A DNA stretch of 64,000 nt from Desulfobacterales bacterium (GCA_963668645.2 CAXXWC010000019.1:1-64000); one strand, 5' to 3'. Positions 29,429 to 39,779 are shown, numbered from the stretch's first letter. The notes: generated from the sequence alone by a model not told the origin. Numbers and translations are program-made.

Positions 29429-29815
29429 CTAGACCGCCTCCTTGAAGATGAGTCGTTTGAGTTCCCGCATCGTGGCCAGGGTAATGCTGACGACCACCAC
29501 TGAAAGCCCGGCGAAAAGCCCCAAAGGATCGACCAGCCGCCGGGAAATCAACACGTAGAGGATCACCGCACTGACCAGAAACCGCATGTAGTACTTGGCC
29601 AGCACGACATGATGGGATGCCAGGTGAGGAGGCCGCAGGGCCTTTTTCAAGGTTCGGTGCAACAGATGAAAATTGATCGTGACGATCAGCCCCCCGCACA
29701 AAATGCCGACGAAAACCGGCCGCGGGGCCAGCACCGCCCCCAACCCGCTGGCCAAGACCAGCAGGATCCAGTTGGTATGGGTTACGAAGGAAAGCAACCG
29801 CTGCTGGATGTTCAC
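29429..29815 (-). CDS. atpI: ATP synthase subunit I
   Basis: Four-TM protein directly upstream of atpB. Confidence 0.8.
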   Translation of the reverse strand: MNIQQRLLSFVTHTNWILLVLASGLGAVLAPRPVFVGILCGGLIVTINFHLLHRTLKKALRPPHLASHHVVLAKYYMRFLVSAVILYVLISRRLVDPLGLFAGLSVVVVSITLATMRELKRLIFKEAV

Positions 29816-29837
29816 CGTTGCTCCATTAGCGTGCGTC

Positions 29838-30056
29838 TTAAAATTTGCGGCTCTTGCGAATCGCCAGACCGATGTTACGGTACCCGGCGGCGATGCCCAT
29901 CCCCAGCCCCACCAGAGTGAGCCACGGAGATGTTTTCCAGCACCGGTCCAGGTAAACGCCGATACCCAAGCCGATAAAAATCGACAGGGCCACCTGGAGT
30001 CCCAGGCTGGAAAAATAGGCCATCTCGCGCAAGTAGCGCAGGGTTTCGTTTTTCAT
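29838..30056 (-). CDS. atpZ: AtpZ/AtpI (gene 1) family protein
   Basis: GLGIGVYLDR...PWLTLVGL.MGIAAG; first gene of the F0 cluster. Confidence 0.8.
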   Translation of the reverse strand: MKNETLRYLREMAYFSSLGLQVALSIFIGLGIGVYLDRCWKTSPWLTLVGLGMGIAAGYRNIGLAIRKSRKF

Positions 30057-30132
30057 GAAATTCTCGGCCGGATCGGCCGGGCAAAGCGAATGCTCATGAA
30101 GTTAAGGCACCTAACACAGGACACCGGTCAAG

Positions 30133-30966
30133 TCAATCTCTTATTGGCCAAGCCAATTGCCCGGCATCGAAAACCGGACCGTCCCGGCAGACATGCCGGT
30201 AGGCGCTCTCCCGGTCTTCGGCGGCCACAGCACAGCCCAGGCAGGCGCCGATACCGCAGGCCATGACGGCCTCAATACACACCTGGCATGGAATGCACTG
30301 CGCTTTTGCAATTTGGGCCACACAGGCGAGCATCGCCGGCGGGCCGCAGGCGCAGATCAGTTCGGGCGAGGATTGGGCCGCCGCTTTTTCCAGGGGCAGG
30401 GTCACCAGGCACTGGTCCCCGCCCGAGCCGTCCTCGGTGGTCAGCGACACCTGCACCCCGAGGCGCTCGAAATCCTCGACACATAAAAGATCGGCACAGC
30501 TGCGGGCCCCAAGATAAACCCGGAGACCGTCGGCACCCTGCCGCTGAACCAGGGTTTCGGCCAGAAACAGAAGCGGCGCCACCCCGATCCCGCCGGCCAC
30601 CAGCGCGACCTGGCGTACGCCCTGCGGCACCCGGAAACCGCGGCCCAAAGGCCCCACCAGATCGATCTTCGCCCCGGCGCCAAGACGCGCCATGCCCCGG
30701 GTGGTCGGTCCCACCACCCGGTAGAGCAGCTCGATGGCCCCGCCGCCTTCCACCACGAGCCGCCGGTGGATGGAAAAGGGCCGCCGCAGCAGGCCGGGAG
30801 ATGGGTCGGGCAAACCGACCATAACGAACTGCCCGGCTTCGGCGTTGGCGTAAACCTCGCCCGTATCCAGCGCCATGCTCCGGTACCCCGGTGCCACCTC
30901 CCGGTTCCAGAGAATCGGAACCCGGACCTGCAAGGCCCCGGGCCGTTGCTCTTCGAATCGATGCAT
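30133..30966 (-). CDS. pyrK: dihydroorotate dehydrogenase electron transfer subunit
   Basis: LRRPFSI, GPLGRGF, AGGIGVAP, ACGP, MACGIGACLGC...VCRDGPVF. Confidence 0.9.
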   Translation of the reverse strand: MHRFEEQRPGALQVRVPILWNREVAPGYRSMALDTGEVYANAEAGQFVMVGLPDPSPGLLRRPFSIHRRLVVEGGGAIELLYRVVGPTTRGMARLGAGAKIDLVGPLGRGFRVPQGVRQVALVAGGIGVAPLLFLAETLVQRQGADGLRVYLGARSCADLLCVEDFERLGVQVSLTTEDGSGGDQCLVTLPLEKAAAQSSPELICACGPPAMLACVAQIAKAQCIPCQVCIEAVMACGIGACLGCAVAAEDRESAYRHVCRDGPVFDAGQLAWPIRD

Positions 30967-31024
30967 GCTGCCTCCGTCGTTTGCGCGGCCACCGCAGGCA
31001 CGCTTGGCCTGCCCGCCACCGCCC

Positions 31025-31792
31025 TCAACCCTGGCCGGCAAGCCCGATGACAGCGGCGAACCGGCCCGTGGTTCCTTCTGCGCGGTAGGAAAAAAAAGTA
31101 TCGCTGCAACAGCGCGTGCAGACCGCGGCGGTTTCGATGCGCGCCGGGTTGAGGCCCGCCGCGACGAGTTGGGCGTGGCTGACGGCCCAAAAATCGAAAT
31201 TCGCCTCCCCGACGCGAAAACGCCACAGATCGGAGGGGATCTCCCGGCGATAGTTGATGAACTGGCCGCAGCAGGGCCCCAGGGACGGCCCGATACCGGC
31301 CCAAAGGGATTCGGGCCGGGTGCCGAAGCGGGCCTTCATCAGCGCCACTGTGGCCCCCAGGACGTTGGCCACGCTGCCGCGCCAGCCTGCATGCACCGCG
31401 GCCACCACCGGCCGCAACGGGTCGGCCAGCAACACCGGCTGGCAGTCGGCCACCTGGATCATCAGCAACCGGCCGGGCAGATCGGTGACCAGCGCATCGG
31501 CCCGGGCCGGCCGGTGCACGTCTTCATCGGCCTGCACCACATGCACCGTTGTGCCGTGCACTTGGTGGGCCCGCACCAGGGTCCCGCCCCCCATGGCGTC
31601 CACCACTCGCTGCCGGTTCGCTTCAACCCGCCGCGGATCGTCGCCCACCGTCATGCCGACATTAAGGCTGTCAAACGGGGCAACGCTGGCCCCGCCACGG
31701 CGCGTGAACACGCCGTGGCGGATGCCGGGCAGCCGCTTCAGGCCCTCGAATATCCGGCGGTCCAGACCGTTGCCGGCAGGCGGTGCGCTCAT
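31025..31792 (-). CDS. pgeF: PgeF/YfiH family peptidoglycan editing factor (laccase-domain protein)
   Basis: FTRRGG.S, QVHG, ADC.PV, HAGWRG, IGPSL, FFSYR. Confidence 0.92.
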   Translation of the reverse strand: MSAPPAGNGLDRRIFEGLKRLPGIRHGVFTRRGGASVAPFDSLNVGMTVGDDPRRVEANRQRVVDAMGGGTLVRAHQVHGTTVHVVQADEDVHRPARADALVTDLPGRLLMIQVADCQPVLLADPLRPVVAAVHAGWRGSVANVLGATVALMKARFGTRPESLWAGIGPSLGPCCGQFINYRREIPSDLWRFRVGEANFDFWAVSHAQLVAAGLNPARIETAAVCTRCCSDTFFSYRAEGTTGRFAAVIGLAGQG

Positions 31793-32283
31793 GCCGGCTT
31801 GCCCCCTGCGCACCGCGCCATGATCCGGTCGATCAGCATGGTGGTGGAAACCTCGGGCACCACCGCGATGGTCTCCACCCGACCGCCGGCCGCCAGGACC
31901 AGATCGGCCCCTACGATCTTCTCCTTTTGCCAATCGGCCCCTTTGACCAGCACGTCCGGCCTCAAACAGGTGATGAGCCGTAGCGGATCGTCCTCATCGA
32001 AAATCACCACCAGATCGACGCAGGCCAAAGCCGCCAATACTTCGGCCCGATCCGACTGGGGGTTGATCGGACGCTGCGGCCCCTTGATCCTCGTTACCGA
32101 GGCATCGCTGTTAAGGCCGACCACGAGTCGCTCGCCCAACCGTCTGGCCGCCTCCAGGTAATGGACGTGACCGCGGTGCAGCAGGTCAAAACAGCCGTTG
32201 GTAAAGACGATCCGCCGTCCGGCGGACCGTTCAAGGTCCAGACGCCGGACGGCGGTATCACAGGAAACAATCTTTTCGTTCAT
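31789..32283 (-). CDS. rfaE2: D-glycero-beta-D-manno-heptose 1-phosphate adenylyltransferase
   Basis: VFTNGCFDLLHRGH, GLNSDAS, KGPQRP, LVKGADW. Confidence 0.93.
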   Translation of the reverse strand: MNEKIVSCDTAVRRLDLERSAGRRIVFTNGCFDLLHRGHVHYLEAARRLGERLVVGLNSDASVTRIKGPQRPINPQSDRAEVLAALACVDLVVIFDEDDPLRLITCLRPDVLVKGADWQKEKIVGADLVLAAGGRVETIAVVPEVSTTMLIDRIMARCAGGKPA

Positions 32284-32336
32284 GGCGGGTATGATCCGGT
32301 CGGCACCGCGGGCTGTTCAAGCCGCCCGCGGCGACT

Positions 32337-34037
32337 TCAGTCAAGCCGAGTCGGGGCCTCCAGGCCCCGGGCAATCTCCTGGGGGAAAAATGGCCGGCCG
32401 TCGCTTTTAAGAATCCCGCCGGCGGCCACCAGCCCCGTCTGCTCGCGCAGCAGCCGGCCGAGCTGGCCCGTAACGTTCTGCTCCACCACGATAAAGCGCC
32501 GCCCGTCAAGAACCCGGGCCGCTGCCTGCGACGGGAAGGGCCACAGATCGGTAAAATGGACCGCGCCCACCGATCGGCCTTCTTCGCGCAGCCCTTCGAC
32601 GGCCTCTAAAAGGGCCCCCCGGGTCGATCCCCATCCCACCAGAAGGGTTTCGGCATCCGGGTGAATCACCTCGGGCGCGCGGAGCGCATCGCGCATGGCA
32701 GGAAGCTTGGCAAACCGCTTGGCCACCATCTGCTGCCGGTCGGCGATTTTTTCGCTGATATGACCGTCTTCGCGGTGCTCGTCGCTGCAGGCCACCACCC
32801 GGGCCCGTCCCCGGCAGGGCAGGGCACGCGGAGAGACGCCGTCCACGCCGGGGGCGAATCGCCGGTAGGCCTCGGGATCTTCCAAATCGGCATCACCGAT
32901 CACGTACCGGGTCACGGCCGCAACAGGCCCCAAAGCGGGTGTGGTAAAGAGTGAATCGTTGAAATACTGGTCCACCAATACGATGGCCGGCACCTGAAAG
33001 CGTTCGGCCAGATCAAAGGCCCGGATCATGGCATCGAAAGCCTGGGCCGGGGATCCGGGAGCCAGGACGAAGCGCGGGAACTCGTCCTGGGACGCGTGGA
33101 TCACGAAATTCAAGTCTCCCTGGGCCGTACGGGTGGGCAGACCGGTGGCCGGACCGGGTCGCATGGCATCCACCACCACCATGGGCGTTTCGGTGATGGC
33201 GGCCAGCCCCAGGGCCTCGGTCATCAGGCAGAATCCCCCCCCGGAGGTGGCCGTCATGGCCCGCGCCCCGGCAAAGGCCGCACCGATGACCATATTGGCG
33301 GCGGCGATCTCGTCTTCGGCCTGCTCGACGGCAAGTGGGAAAATCCCCGACAATTCGGTGAGTTGGGCCAAAATCCCGGTGGCCGGAGACATGGGGTAGA
33401 AAGCGGCGACGCGGCAGTCGGCCGCCGCCGCACCCAGCGCCAAGGCCCGGGTGCCGTCCATCAGATACCCCTGCACCGGAAGATCCCAGGTCCCGGGGAT
33501 GCGGCCGGCAAAGGGAACCTGGGCCGCGGCGTAGCCCAGATCGAAGGCCCGCCGATTCTGGTCGATCAGAGTTTGACCCTTGTCCCGGAACTGGTGTGCC
33601 AGAATTTCGTGCCCCAGGGCAGCAGGAGCCCCCAGCAATCCCAGGCAGGCCCCGGCCGCCACGGTGTTGGCCAGAATCCGCCCTCCGGCCTCGTTGGCCA
33701 TATCGGCAAAGGGCAGGTTGAGCACCTTTTCGCCTTCGAGGCCGGCCGCCGCGTCGGCCAGGGTCAGCCCGTCGCGCACCAGTTCGTGGCGGTGTTCGCT
33801 GTACGTCCTGCGGTCCAGCGCCACCAGCAGGTCGATGCGATGGTGGGGCGCCGCCACGTCTCGATCGGCGATGCGCACCTGCATGAAGCTGTGGCCGCCG
33901 CGGATCCGCGATTCAAAGTCGTTGACCGCCATGACATGCAGCCCGGCCCGGTGGCAAACCGCAGCCAGTACGTGCCCCACGGTTTGAATCCCCTGGCCGG
34001 CCTCCCCACCGATTTTTACGGTCCGGTCGATCCCCAT
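32337..34037 (-). CDS. korA: 2-oxoacid:acceptor oxidoreductase alpha subunit (gamma-alpha fusion)
   Basis: GGEAGQG, SRIRGGH, YPMSPA, QAEDEIAA, TSGGGF, RPGPATGLPTRT, VGWGST. Confidence 0.9.
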   Translation of the reverse strand: MGIDRTVKIGGEAGQGIQTVGHVLAAVCHRAGLHVMAVNDFESRIRGGHSFMQVRIADRDVAAPHHRIDLLVALDRRTYSEHRHELVRDGLTLADAAAGLEGEKVLNLPFADMANEAGGRILANTVAAGACLGLLGAPAALGHEILAHQFRDKGQTLIDQNRRAFDLGYAAAQVPFAGRIPGTWDLPVQGYLMDGTRALALGAAAADCRVAAFYPMSPATGILAQLTELSGIFPLAVEQAEDEIAAANMVIGAAFAGARAMTATSGGGFCLMTEALGLAAITETPMVVVDAMRPGPATGLPTRTAQGDLNFVIHASQDEFPRFVLAPGSPAQAFDAMIRAFDLAERFQVPAIVLVDQYFNDSLFTTPALGPVAAVTRYVIGDADLEDPEAYRRFAPGVDGVSPRALPCRGRARVVACSDEHREDGHISEKIADRQQMVAKRFAKLPAMRDALRAPEVIHPDAETLLVGWGSTRGALLEAVEGLREEGRSVGAVHFTDLWPFPSQAAARVLDGRRFIVVEQNVTGQLGRLLREQTGLVAAGGILKSDGRPFFPQEIARGLEAPTRLD

Positions 34038-34240
34038 CGATCCTCCTTTTCCAGGTTGACCACTTACACCTTGCCATATCAATAACCAACACCGGGGCAA
34101 ATGGCAACATCGGGGGGCGGCGATTATCGCAGAAGCGCTTTCGATGCAGCAAGATTGTCTCGGCCGCCGAGACGCAACCGGCCGACAGGCGGGACAGCCC
34201 TGTCGGCCGGGGGGAACAGGCGGCAGGCCGCCTGAGGGGC

Positions 34241-34765
34241 TCAACTGCAGGTATAATGACGGATGAACTCTTCCAGTTGCCGGCGCTGTTCTTGCAACGG
34301 GACCTCAAATACCAGTCCGGCCTGCCGTAGCGGCATGTAATCGACATCGATGTCATCGGCCAGACCGCGGTCCCACACGACCCGAAAAGGCAATCCGGTG
34401 AGGTGAAACCCGGTTTCGGCGGACAGGATGTCGAGCACCAGCGGCTCGTCGACCACTGCACCGCTTTCGACATAACTGAAGCTCAACCCGCCGACACTGA
34501 TGTCATGAACCTGGCCCATATGTAAAGGGTGCATGCGGTACATGGCAAAGGCAATATCGCCCATGCCCAGATCCTGGATATGCGGCGGTACTGTCCTAGC
34601 GGCACGCAGAATGGCAAAAATACCCGGCCTGACCGCACGCCGGGGTTGAACCCGGCGCTCACCGCCGCAAGCGATCCCCTGCCTTGGCGCAGGATCCATC
34701 GACAGCGGCATGCCCATTGCCTCACCTTCCCTCTCAAAGACGGCATGATGCTTGGATGGCTTCAT
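34241..34765 (-). CDS. PilZ-like domain protein
   Basis: ERRVQPR (RxxxR) and DISVGGLSF (DxSxGG), ending GLVF...QLEEFI. Confidence 0.7.
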   Translation of the reverse strand: MKPSKHHAVFEREGEAMGMPLSMDPAPRQGIACGGERRVQPRRAVRPGIFAILRAARTVPPHIQDLGMGDIAFAMYRMHPLHMGQVHDISVGGLSFSYVESGAVVDEPLVLDILSAETGFHLTGLPFRVVWDRGLADDIDVDYMPLRQAGLVFEVPLQEQRRQLEEFIRHYTCS

Positions 34766-34863
34766 GGTCCCTCTTAAATGGTTAAGACTTTGAAATCAAT
34801 TGGAAAGCAAGCCACAGCAACCCTGATCCAGACCTCAGCGGCTTTTTTCGGAGCGGCCGGCCC

Positions 34864-35088
34864 TCAAAGGCAGTACCGGCGCCAGGGGCAATCGATGCGA
34901 TCGCAATCTTGCGCGCCGGTTTCAAAACAAGGGCTCTCGCCTTCGGCCCGCTGGAGGCTGCGAATCAGGGCTGTTATGTCCACACGGCCCGCTGTGGGTT
35001 GGGGGTCGCAGGAGCGGCTGGTGGAGATATCCGGAGAATTGACGTCTGAAGGGAAAATCGGCTTGAACGCTGTCGGTTTCGAATCCAT
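34864..35088 (-). CDS. small Cys-rich SAP-domain-related protein
   Basis: LIRSLQRAEGESPCF...C..IDC.WRRYCL C-terminal motif. Confidence 0.65.
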   Translation of the reverse strand: MDSKPTAFKPIFPSDVNSPDISTSRSCDPQPTAGRVDITALIRSLQRAEGESPCFETGAQDCDRIDCPWRRYCL

Positions 35089-35230
35089 GCGGCCCCGATC
35101 TTGTCCTGCAACGGCCGACAACACCACATCGTTGAATGTTTATGGCCCGGGCGCACCGGTTTGTCCATGAACCGAAGGCCTTATTTTGGCCGGGAGAAAA
35201 TCCCGTGCCGGACACTTTCGAGCGCCCGGC

Positions 35231-35908
35231 TCATCGTCCCCAGTGTTGCAGGTCGATCAGACCGATACGCGCCGCATAGCGCACCAGCTCCATGGTTCCA
35301 CTCAGGCCGAGCTTGCGCAGAATGTTGGAGCGGTGGTTTTCCACCGTTTTGGCGCTGATGCCCAGCCCCTCGGCAACCTGGCGCGGGCTGTGCCCCTCGG
35401 CCAGGCGGCGCATGACTTCCTGTTCGCGGCGCGTCAGACGCCCGTAGGCGGCATCACCGGCACCAGGGCCGGCGGCCTGGACATTCATCAGGCGCTGCAC
35501 AACCTCCCGGGAAATGCCGCTGTCCAGATAGTATTCTCCGGCCGATACCACCTCCAGGGCCTGGAGCAGGCGATCGGCGGCCGACTCCTTGACCACATAA
35601 CCGGTGGCCCCGGCCTGAAAGGCCTCGACGATGTAGTCGACCCGGGCGTGCATGCTCACGATGAGCACCCGGGCAGCCGCAACCCGGGAACGGATATCGC
35701 GGGTCAGATCGATGCCGCTGCGGTCCGGCAGGCTGATGTCGACGATCACCAGGTCCGGGGTCAGGTCCAGGGCCTTTTGCAGCCCGCTACGGGCCGTGCC
35801 GGCCTCGGCCACGATCTCGAACCGGGCACTGCGGGCGATGATGGCCTTGAGCCCCTCGCGAAAAAGGGGATGGTCGTCGACGATCAAAAGGCGCTGGGAT
35901 CGTTTCAC
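35231..35908 (-). CDS. NarL/LuxR-family response regulator
   Basis: GTG start; IVDDHPLFREG, VDISLP, GYVVK, HTH LTRREQEV...SAKTVENHRSNI. Confidence 0.92.
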   Translation of the reverse strand: MKRSQRLLIVDDHPLFREGLKAIIARSARFEIVAEAGTARSGLQKALDLTPDLVIVDISLPDRSGIDLTRDIRSRVAAARVLIVSMHARVDYIVEAFQAGATGYVVKESAADRLLQALEVVSAGEYYLDSGISREVVQRLMNVQAAGPGAGDAAYGRLTRREQEVMRRLAEGHSPRQVAEGLGISAKTVENHRSNILRKLGLSGTMELVRYAARIGLIDLQHWGR

Positions 35909-37065
35909 GGGGTGACCGGCCTCTCCTGAACCAGGGGATCCGCGGAGGGGAACAGGGGCGCCTCCAGGTAGAGGCGCGTCCCTTTTCCGGGCCGCGTGGT
36001 GATGCGCATCCGCCCGCCGAGCAAGCGGGCCCGCTCCTCCATACTCTGCAAGCCCATGCGGCGCTGCTCGCGCACGGCCTCCAAGCGCTCGGCAGGATCG
36101 AATCCGCACCCGTTGTCCTGAATCCGCAGCACGATGTACGGAGCGCTGGCCACCAGCCGCACCGTCACCCGGGTGGCCTTGGCATGCCGGCGGATGTTGT
36201 GCAACGCTTCCTGGAACACCCTGTAAAGGTTGATTTCCAGTTCGGCCGAAAGTTTCAGCCCCTGCACGCCGACCGCACAAAAATCCACCGGGATGCCGTT
36301 GGCGGCGCTGAAGGACTGGCAGTCGTGCAAGAGGGTGCGTTCCAGGCCGAGCTGATCGAGCCCCGGCGGCCGCAGATCGTAAGCCAGGGCCCTGACGGCG
36401 TCGATGGCGCGTTGAAGCTGGGCCGCCATCTTCTCCATGTGCGGCTTGAGGCGCGCACCGGCCTCGATTTCGCCGTCCAGGAGCGTCGCACACAGAATCT
36501 TGAGGATCGAGAGATCCTGGGCGATCTGGTCGTGCAGGTGGCGGGAAATATTGAGCCGCTCCTTTTCCTGGGCCCGCATCAATTTCTGGGTCAACTGGCG
36601 GATGCGCGCCTCGGCGCGGATGCGCGCACCGATATCGTAAAGCAGGACCATCGCGGCGCGGCGTCCCTCGAAGGACGTCACCGTCAGGTTGAGTTCCACC
36701 TCGATACGCCGGCCGTCGGCCGCCACCACAACGGTCTCGAAGCATTGCTCCAGCTGCGCCTGGGTATCGAATCTTTCCCGCACGGCGGCCACCACGGCGC
36801 TTTGGTCCCCAGAAACAAATTCTTCGAAACAACGACCGAGCAAGGCCTCCCGGGGATGCATGAGCATCTGGCAGAGGCGGCTGTTGACGTAGCGCAGCAC
36901 CCGGTCATAGATGATGCAGATCCCGGCCTTGGACAACTCGGTCAGATGGCGGTACTGGGCCTCGCTTTCCTGCAAACGGCGATGGGCGGCCGCCATGGCC
37001 GCCAATTCTTTTTCAAGACGGGCCGCCTGGGCCTTACACGCGGCCATGTCGCCGGCAGTGCTCAT
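35905..37065 (-). CDS. PAS-domain sensor histidine kinase (HisKA_3 / NarX-UhpB type)
   Basis: PAS region, ERLNISRHLHD, LRPPGLD, QEALHNIRRHA, DNGCGF, MGLQSMEER. Confidence 0.9.
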   Translation of the reverse strand: MSTAGDMAACKAQAARLEKELAAMAAAHRRLQESEAQYRHLTELSKAGICIIYDRVLRYVNSRLCQMLMHPREALLGRCFEEFVSGDQSAVVAAVRERFDTQAQLEQCFETVVVAADGRRIEVELNLTVTSFEGRRAAMVLLYDIGARIRAEARIRQLTQKLMRAQEKERLNISRHLHDQIAQDLSILKILCATLLDGEIEAGARLKPHMEKMAAQLQRAIDAVRALAYDLRPPGLDQLGLERTLLHDCQSFSAANGIPVDFCAVGVQGLKLSAELEINLYRVFQEALHNIRRHAKATRVTVRLVASAPYIVLRIQDNGCGFDPAERLEAVREQRRMGLQSMEERARLLGGRMRITTRPGKGTRLYLEAPLFPSADPLVQERPVTP

Positions 37066-37853
37066 CGCCGCCCCTGGTCCGCCCGGCCCGAGGTGGTGAT
37101 ATAAGGCGCGGCCCAGGCCCCGATCAAGGTGCCGGCATAGCGTGCATCGGCCGGCCGGCTGAGCAGGTGGTCGGCCCGATCCAGGCAGACGAAGCTTTTC
37201 GGATGCCGGGCGGCGGCGAAGATCCGCCCGGCATGTTCGATGCCCACCGTTTCGTCCAGGGGGGCGTGCAGCACGAGCAGGGGCTTTGCCAGCCGTGCAA
37301 TGGCCTGGTTCAGGCGAACGGCGGTGACATCCTCCAGAAACCCCCGCCCCACGGTAAACGGACGCCCGGCGATCATCACGCGGGCCTCGCCTTCGGTCTC
37401 GATGGCCTGGCTCTGGTCCGCCAGATGGCGCAGCACGTAGGCCGGATCGGCCGGTGCGCCCACCGTCACCACGGCCTGTATACTCTCGATGCGCCCGGCG
37501 GCCATCAGGGCCGCCGCCCCGCCCAGCGAATGGCCGATCAGCAGACGGGGGGCCTGCACCTCGCGGGCCAGATAGGCGGCGGCATCTTCCAGATCCTCGA
37601 CGCTGGAGGTGAAGGTGGTCTGGCTGAAGCACCCCTGGCTGGCGCCGATCCCGGTAAAATCGAAGCGCAGCACCATCAGGCCGGCACTGGCCAGGGCCCG
37701 GCTCAGATAAAAAGCCCCCTTGAGGTCCTTGCCGCAGGTAAAACAGTGGGCATAGAGGGCCACCGCCCGCGGCGATGCGGCTTCCGGTAGATCGAGGCGC
37801 CCCGCCAGTTTAAGGCCCCTGCGATTGGTAAAGGTCAAGGATTTTGACGGCAT
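37062..37853 (-). CDS. alpha/beta hydrolase
   Basis: AHCFTC.K, RFDFTG.G.S, GHSLGG nucleophile elbow, LHAPLD, ADHLL. Confidence 0.88.
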   Translation of the reverse strand: MPSKSLTFTNRRGLKLAGRLDLPEAASPRAVALYAHCFTCGKDLKGAFYLSRALASAGLMVLRFDFTGIGASQGCFSQTTFTSSVEDLEDAAAYLAREVQAPRLLIGHSLGGAAALMAAGRIESIQAVVTVGAPADPAYVLRHLADQSQAIETEGEARVMIAGRPFTVGRGFLEDVTAVRLNQAIARLAKPLLVLHAPLDETVGIEHAGRIFAAARHPKSFVCLDRADHLLSRPADARYAGTLIGAWAAPYITTSGRADQGRR

Positions 37854-37886
37854 GGTAGGATTCCGATCCGGCGCGAAGCCGCCGCC

Positions 37887-39122
37887 TCAACCATGACGCA
37901 GGGCGTCGACCGGGTTGAGGCGGGCCGCCCGCCGGGATGGATAAAGGGTGGCCAAAAAACAGATCAACAGCGCGCAAACCACGATCATGACGACATCCGG
38001 GACCTGCACCGCCACCGGCAGGCGCGTAAACGGATAGATCTTGGGGTCGAGCTCGATGAATTGGTAGCGGCCAAGCAGCACGCAAAGCCCCAACCCCCCG
38101 GCCAAGCCCATGAGGGTGCCGGCCAGGCCGATGAGCATCCCTTTGAAGACGAAAATCTTGCCGATGCTTCCATCCGTTGCGCCCATGGCCTTGAGGATGG
38201 CGATATCACGGGTTTTTTCGGTGACCATCATGAACAGGGTGCCGGCCACGTTGAAGGCCGCCACCAGAACGATGAGGGTCAGGATGACGAACATCACCGT
38301 CTTTTGCAGGCGCAGGGCCCCGAACATGTTATGGTAGAGTTGGGTCCAATCCTTGGCCCAATAGGGAAATCCGAGGGCCGTGACGATCCGTTCCCTGACC
38401 GCCGGAGCCTGGTAGACGTCGCCGACACGCACCCCAATGCCGCTGACCGCATCGCCCAGGCCCATGATCCGCTGCACGTCGCCAAGATGCATGTAACCCA
38501 GGGTTTTGTCGAAATCGTAGAGCCCGGTCTCGATGATGCCCAGCACTTTCAGGCGCTGCATCGCCGGCACATGGGTGACGGCCGACGCCATCCCGCTCGG
38601 CGAAAGCATGAACACCTGATCCCCTTGGACAACCCCGAGCTGGCGGGCCAGCTCCCGGCCCAGAACGATCCCCGGGGGCCCGGGATCGTTTTCACGGCGG
38701 GCGTTGTCGGCTTGAAGCCGATGGAGAAGCGATGGGGGCAGCACCCCGGTCACCCGGCCTTCCAGGACCGGGTCGATGCCGCGCAAAACGGTGCCGGCCG
38801 TCCCCCCGGGCGCGCGCAGCAGGCCGTGGGCATAAACAAAGGGCGCGGCGGATACCACCTGCGGAACGGCCTCGATGCGCTTGAGAATGTCCCGGTAGGC
38901 ACGCAACGCCTCCCCGTAGCGCATCACCAGGATATGGGCGCTGACGCCCAGAACCCGCTCCTGGAAACCGGCCTGGGCCCCGCTCATCACGGCGGTGACG
39001 GTCACCAGCACGGTGACGCCCACCGCCACGCCGGCCAGGGCCAGAAAGGTGATCAGGGATAAAAAGGTCCGGCGCCGTCGCGAACGCAAAAACCGCCGGG
39101 CGATGAAGGATTCATAGGGCAT
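37887..39122 (-). CDS. lipoprotein-releasing ABC transporter permease (LolC/LolE family)
   Basis: TM1 ..AVMSG, IVLVAAFNV, EKTRDIAILKAMGA, LYPSRRAARLNPVDALR. Confidence 0.9.
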   Translation of the reverse strand: MPYESFIARRFLRSRRRRTFLSLITFLALAGVAVGVTVLVTVTAVMSGAQAGFQERVLGVSAHILVMRYGEALRAYRDILKRIEAVPQVVSAAPFVYAHGLLRAPGGTAGTVLRGIDPVLEGRVTGVLPPSLLHRLQADNARRENDPGPPGIVLGRELARQLGVVQGDQVFMLSPSGMASAVTHVPAMQRLKVLGIIETGLYDFDKTLGYMHLGDVQRIMGLGDAVSGIGVRVGDVYQAPAVRERIVTALGFPYWAKDWTQLYHNMFGALRLQKTVMFVILTLIVLVAAFNVAGTLFMMVTEKTRDIAILKAMGATDGSIGKIFVFKGMLIGLAGTLMGLAGGLGLCVLLGRYQFIELDPKIYPFTRLPVAVQVPDVVMIVVCALLICFLATLYPSRRAARLNPVDALRHG

Positions 39123-39155
39123 GGGCGAACACGGCCTCCGACGGCGGTCTTGGCG

Positions 39156-39779
39156 TTAGGCTGGCGGATCGGCTGCGGAAGCAGGAGGCAGGTCACCGGC
39201 CAGGGATGCGGCCAGATCCCGGCCGGCCGCATACGCCTCGGCCAGGTATTCGGGATGGGCCAAGACATCCTGTTCGTAATCAAGCTGGCGATAACACAGG
39301 GACCGCCAGAGGTCAAAGTCCAAAGTGTCCAGAAAATAACGCACCGTAAGCAGGGTCCCCTCGAAGAGCCTGCGGCCCCGGGTCGCGCCGGCGGCGATAA
39401 AAAGCGCATTGCGGCGCCTGGCCGCGGCGCGCGCTTCGGCCGTTTCGATCCAGTACTTGCGCACCCAGCGCGACTGGCAGCGGTCCATGAAGATCTTGGT
39501 GTGGGCGCTGACGGTGTAAAAGAAGATCGGCGAGGCGAGCATCAGTGCCCCGGCCTCGTCGATGGCGGCCACCAGATCCTGGAAATCGTCTTCGATTACG
39601 CAGCGCCCTTCCTGCCGGCACCCGTAAATCTCCATGCAGGGACTGATCTTGCGGTCCCGCAGGACGATCTCGGTCACCGCCGCACCAGCCTCGGCCGCGC
39701 CGCGCACCGCCTCCTTGAGCAAAGTGGCGGTATTGCCCCGGCGCCGGGGGCTGCCGTAGATGGCAAGGATTCGATTCAT
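39156..39779 (-). CDS. flavodoxin-family / iron-sulfur flavoprotein (NADPH-dependent FMN reductase-like)
   Basis: YGSPRRRGNT, PCMEIYGC....C...DD, ASPIFF, KIFMDR. Confidence 0.85.
   Translation of the reverse strand: MNRILAIYGSPRRRGNTATLLKEAVRGAAEAGAAVTEIVLRDRKISPCMEIYGCRQEGRCVIEDDFQDLVAAIDEAGALMLASPIFFYTVSAHTKIFMDRCQSRWVRKYWIETAEARAAARRRNALFIAAGATRGRRLFEGTLLTVRYFLDTLDFDLWRSLCYRQLDYEQDVLAHPEYLAEAYAAGRDLAASLAGDLPPASAADPPA

Noticed and set aside
28337..30056. Incomplete ATP synthase operon as an anomaly
   Set aside because: Separation of atpZIBE from atpFHAGDC is usual in this lineage.
34790..34820. Sigma54 promoter for the PilZ-like gene
   Set aside because: The minus-strand TGGC lacks a correctly spaced TTGC.
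35909..36832. Long N-terminal extension of the NarL regulator
   Set aside because: It is an alternative frame overlapping the kinase gene; the receiver domain starts at the GTG at 35908.
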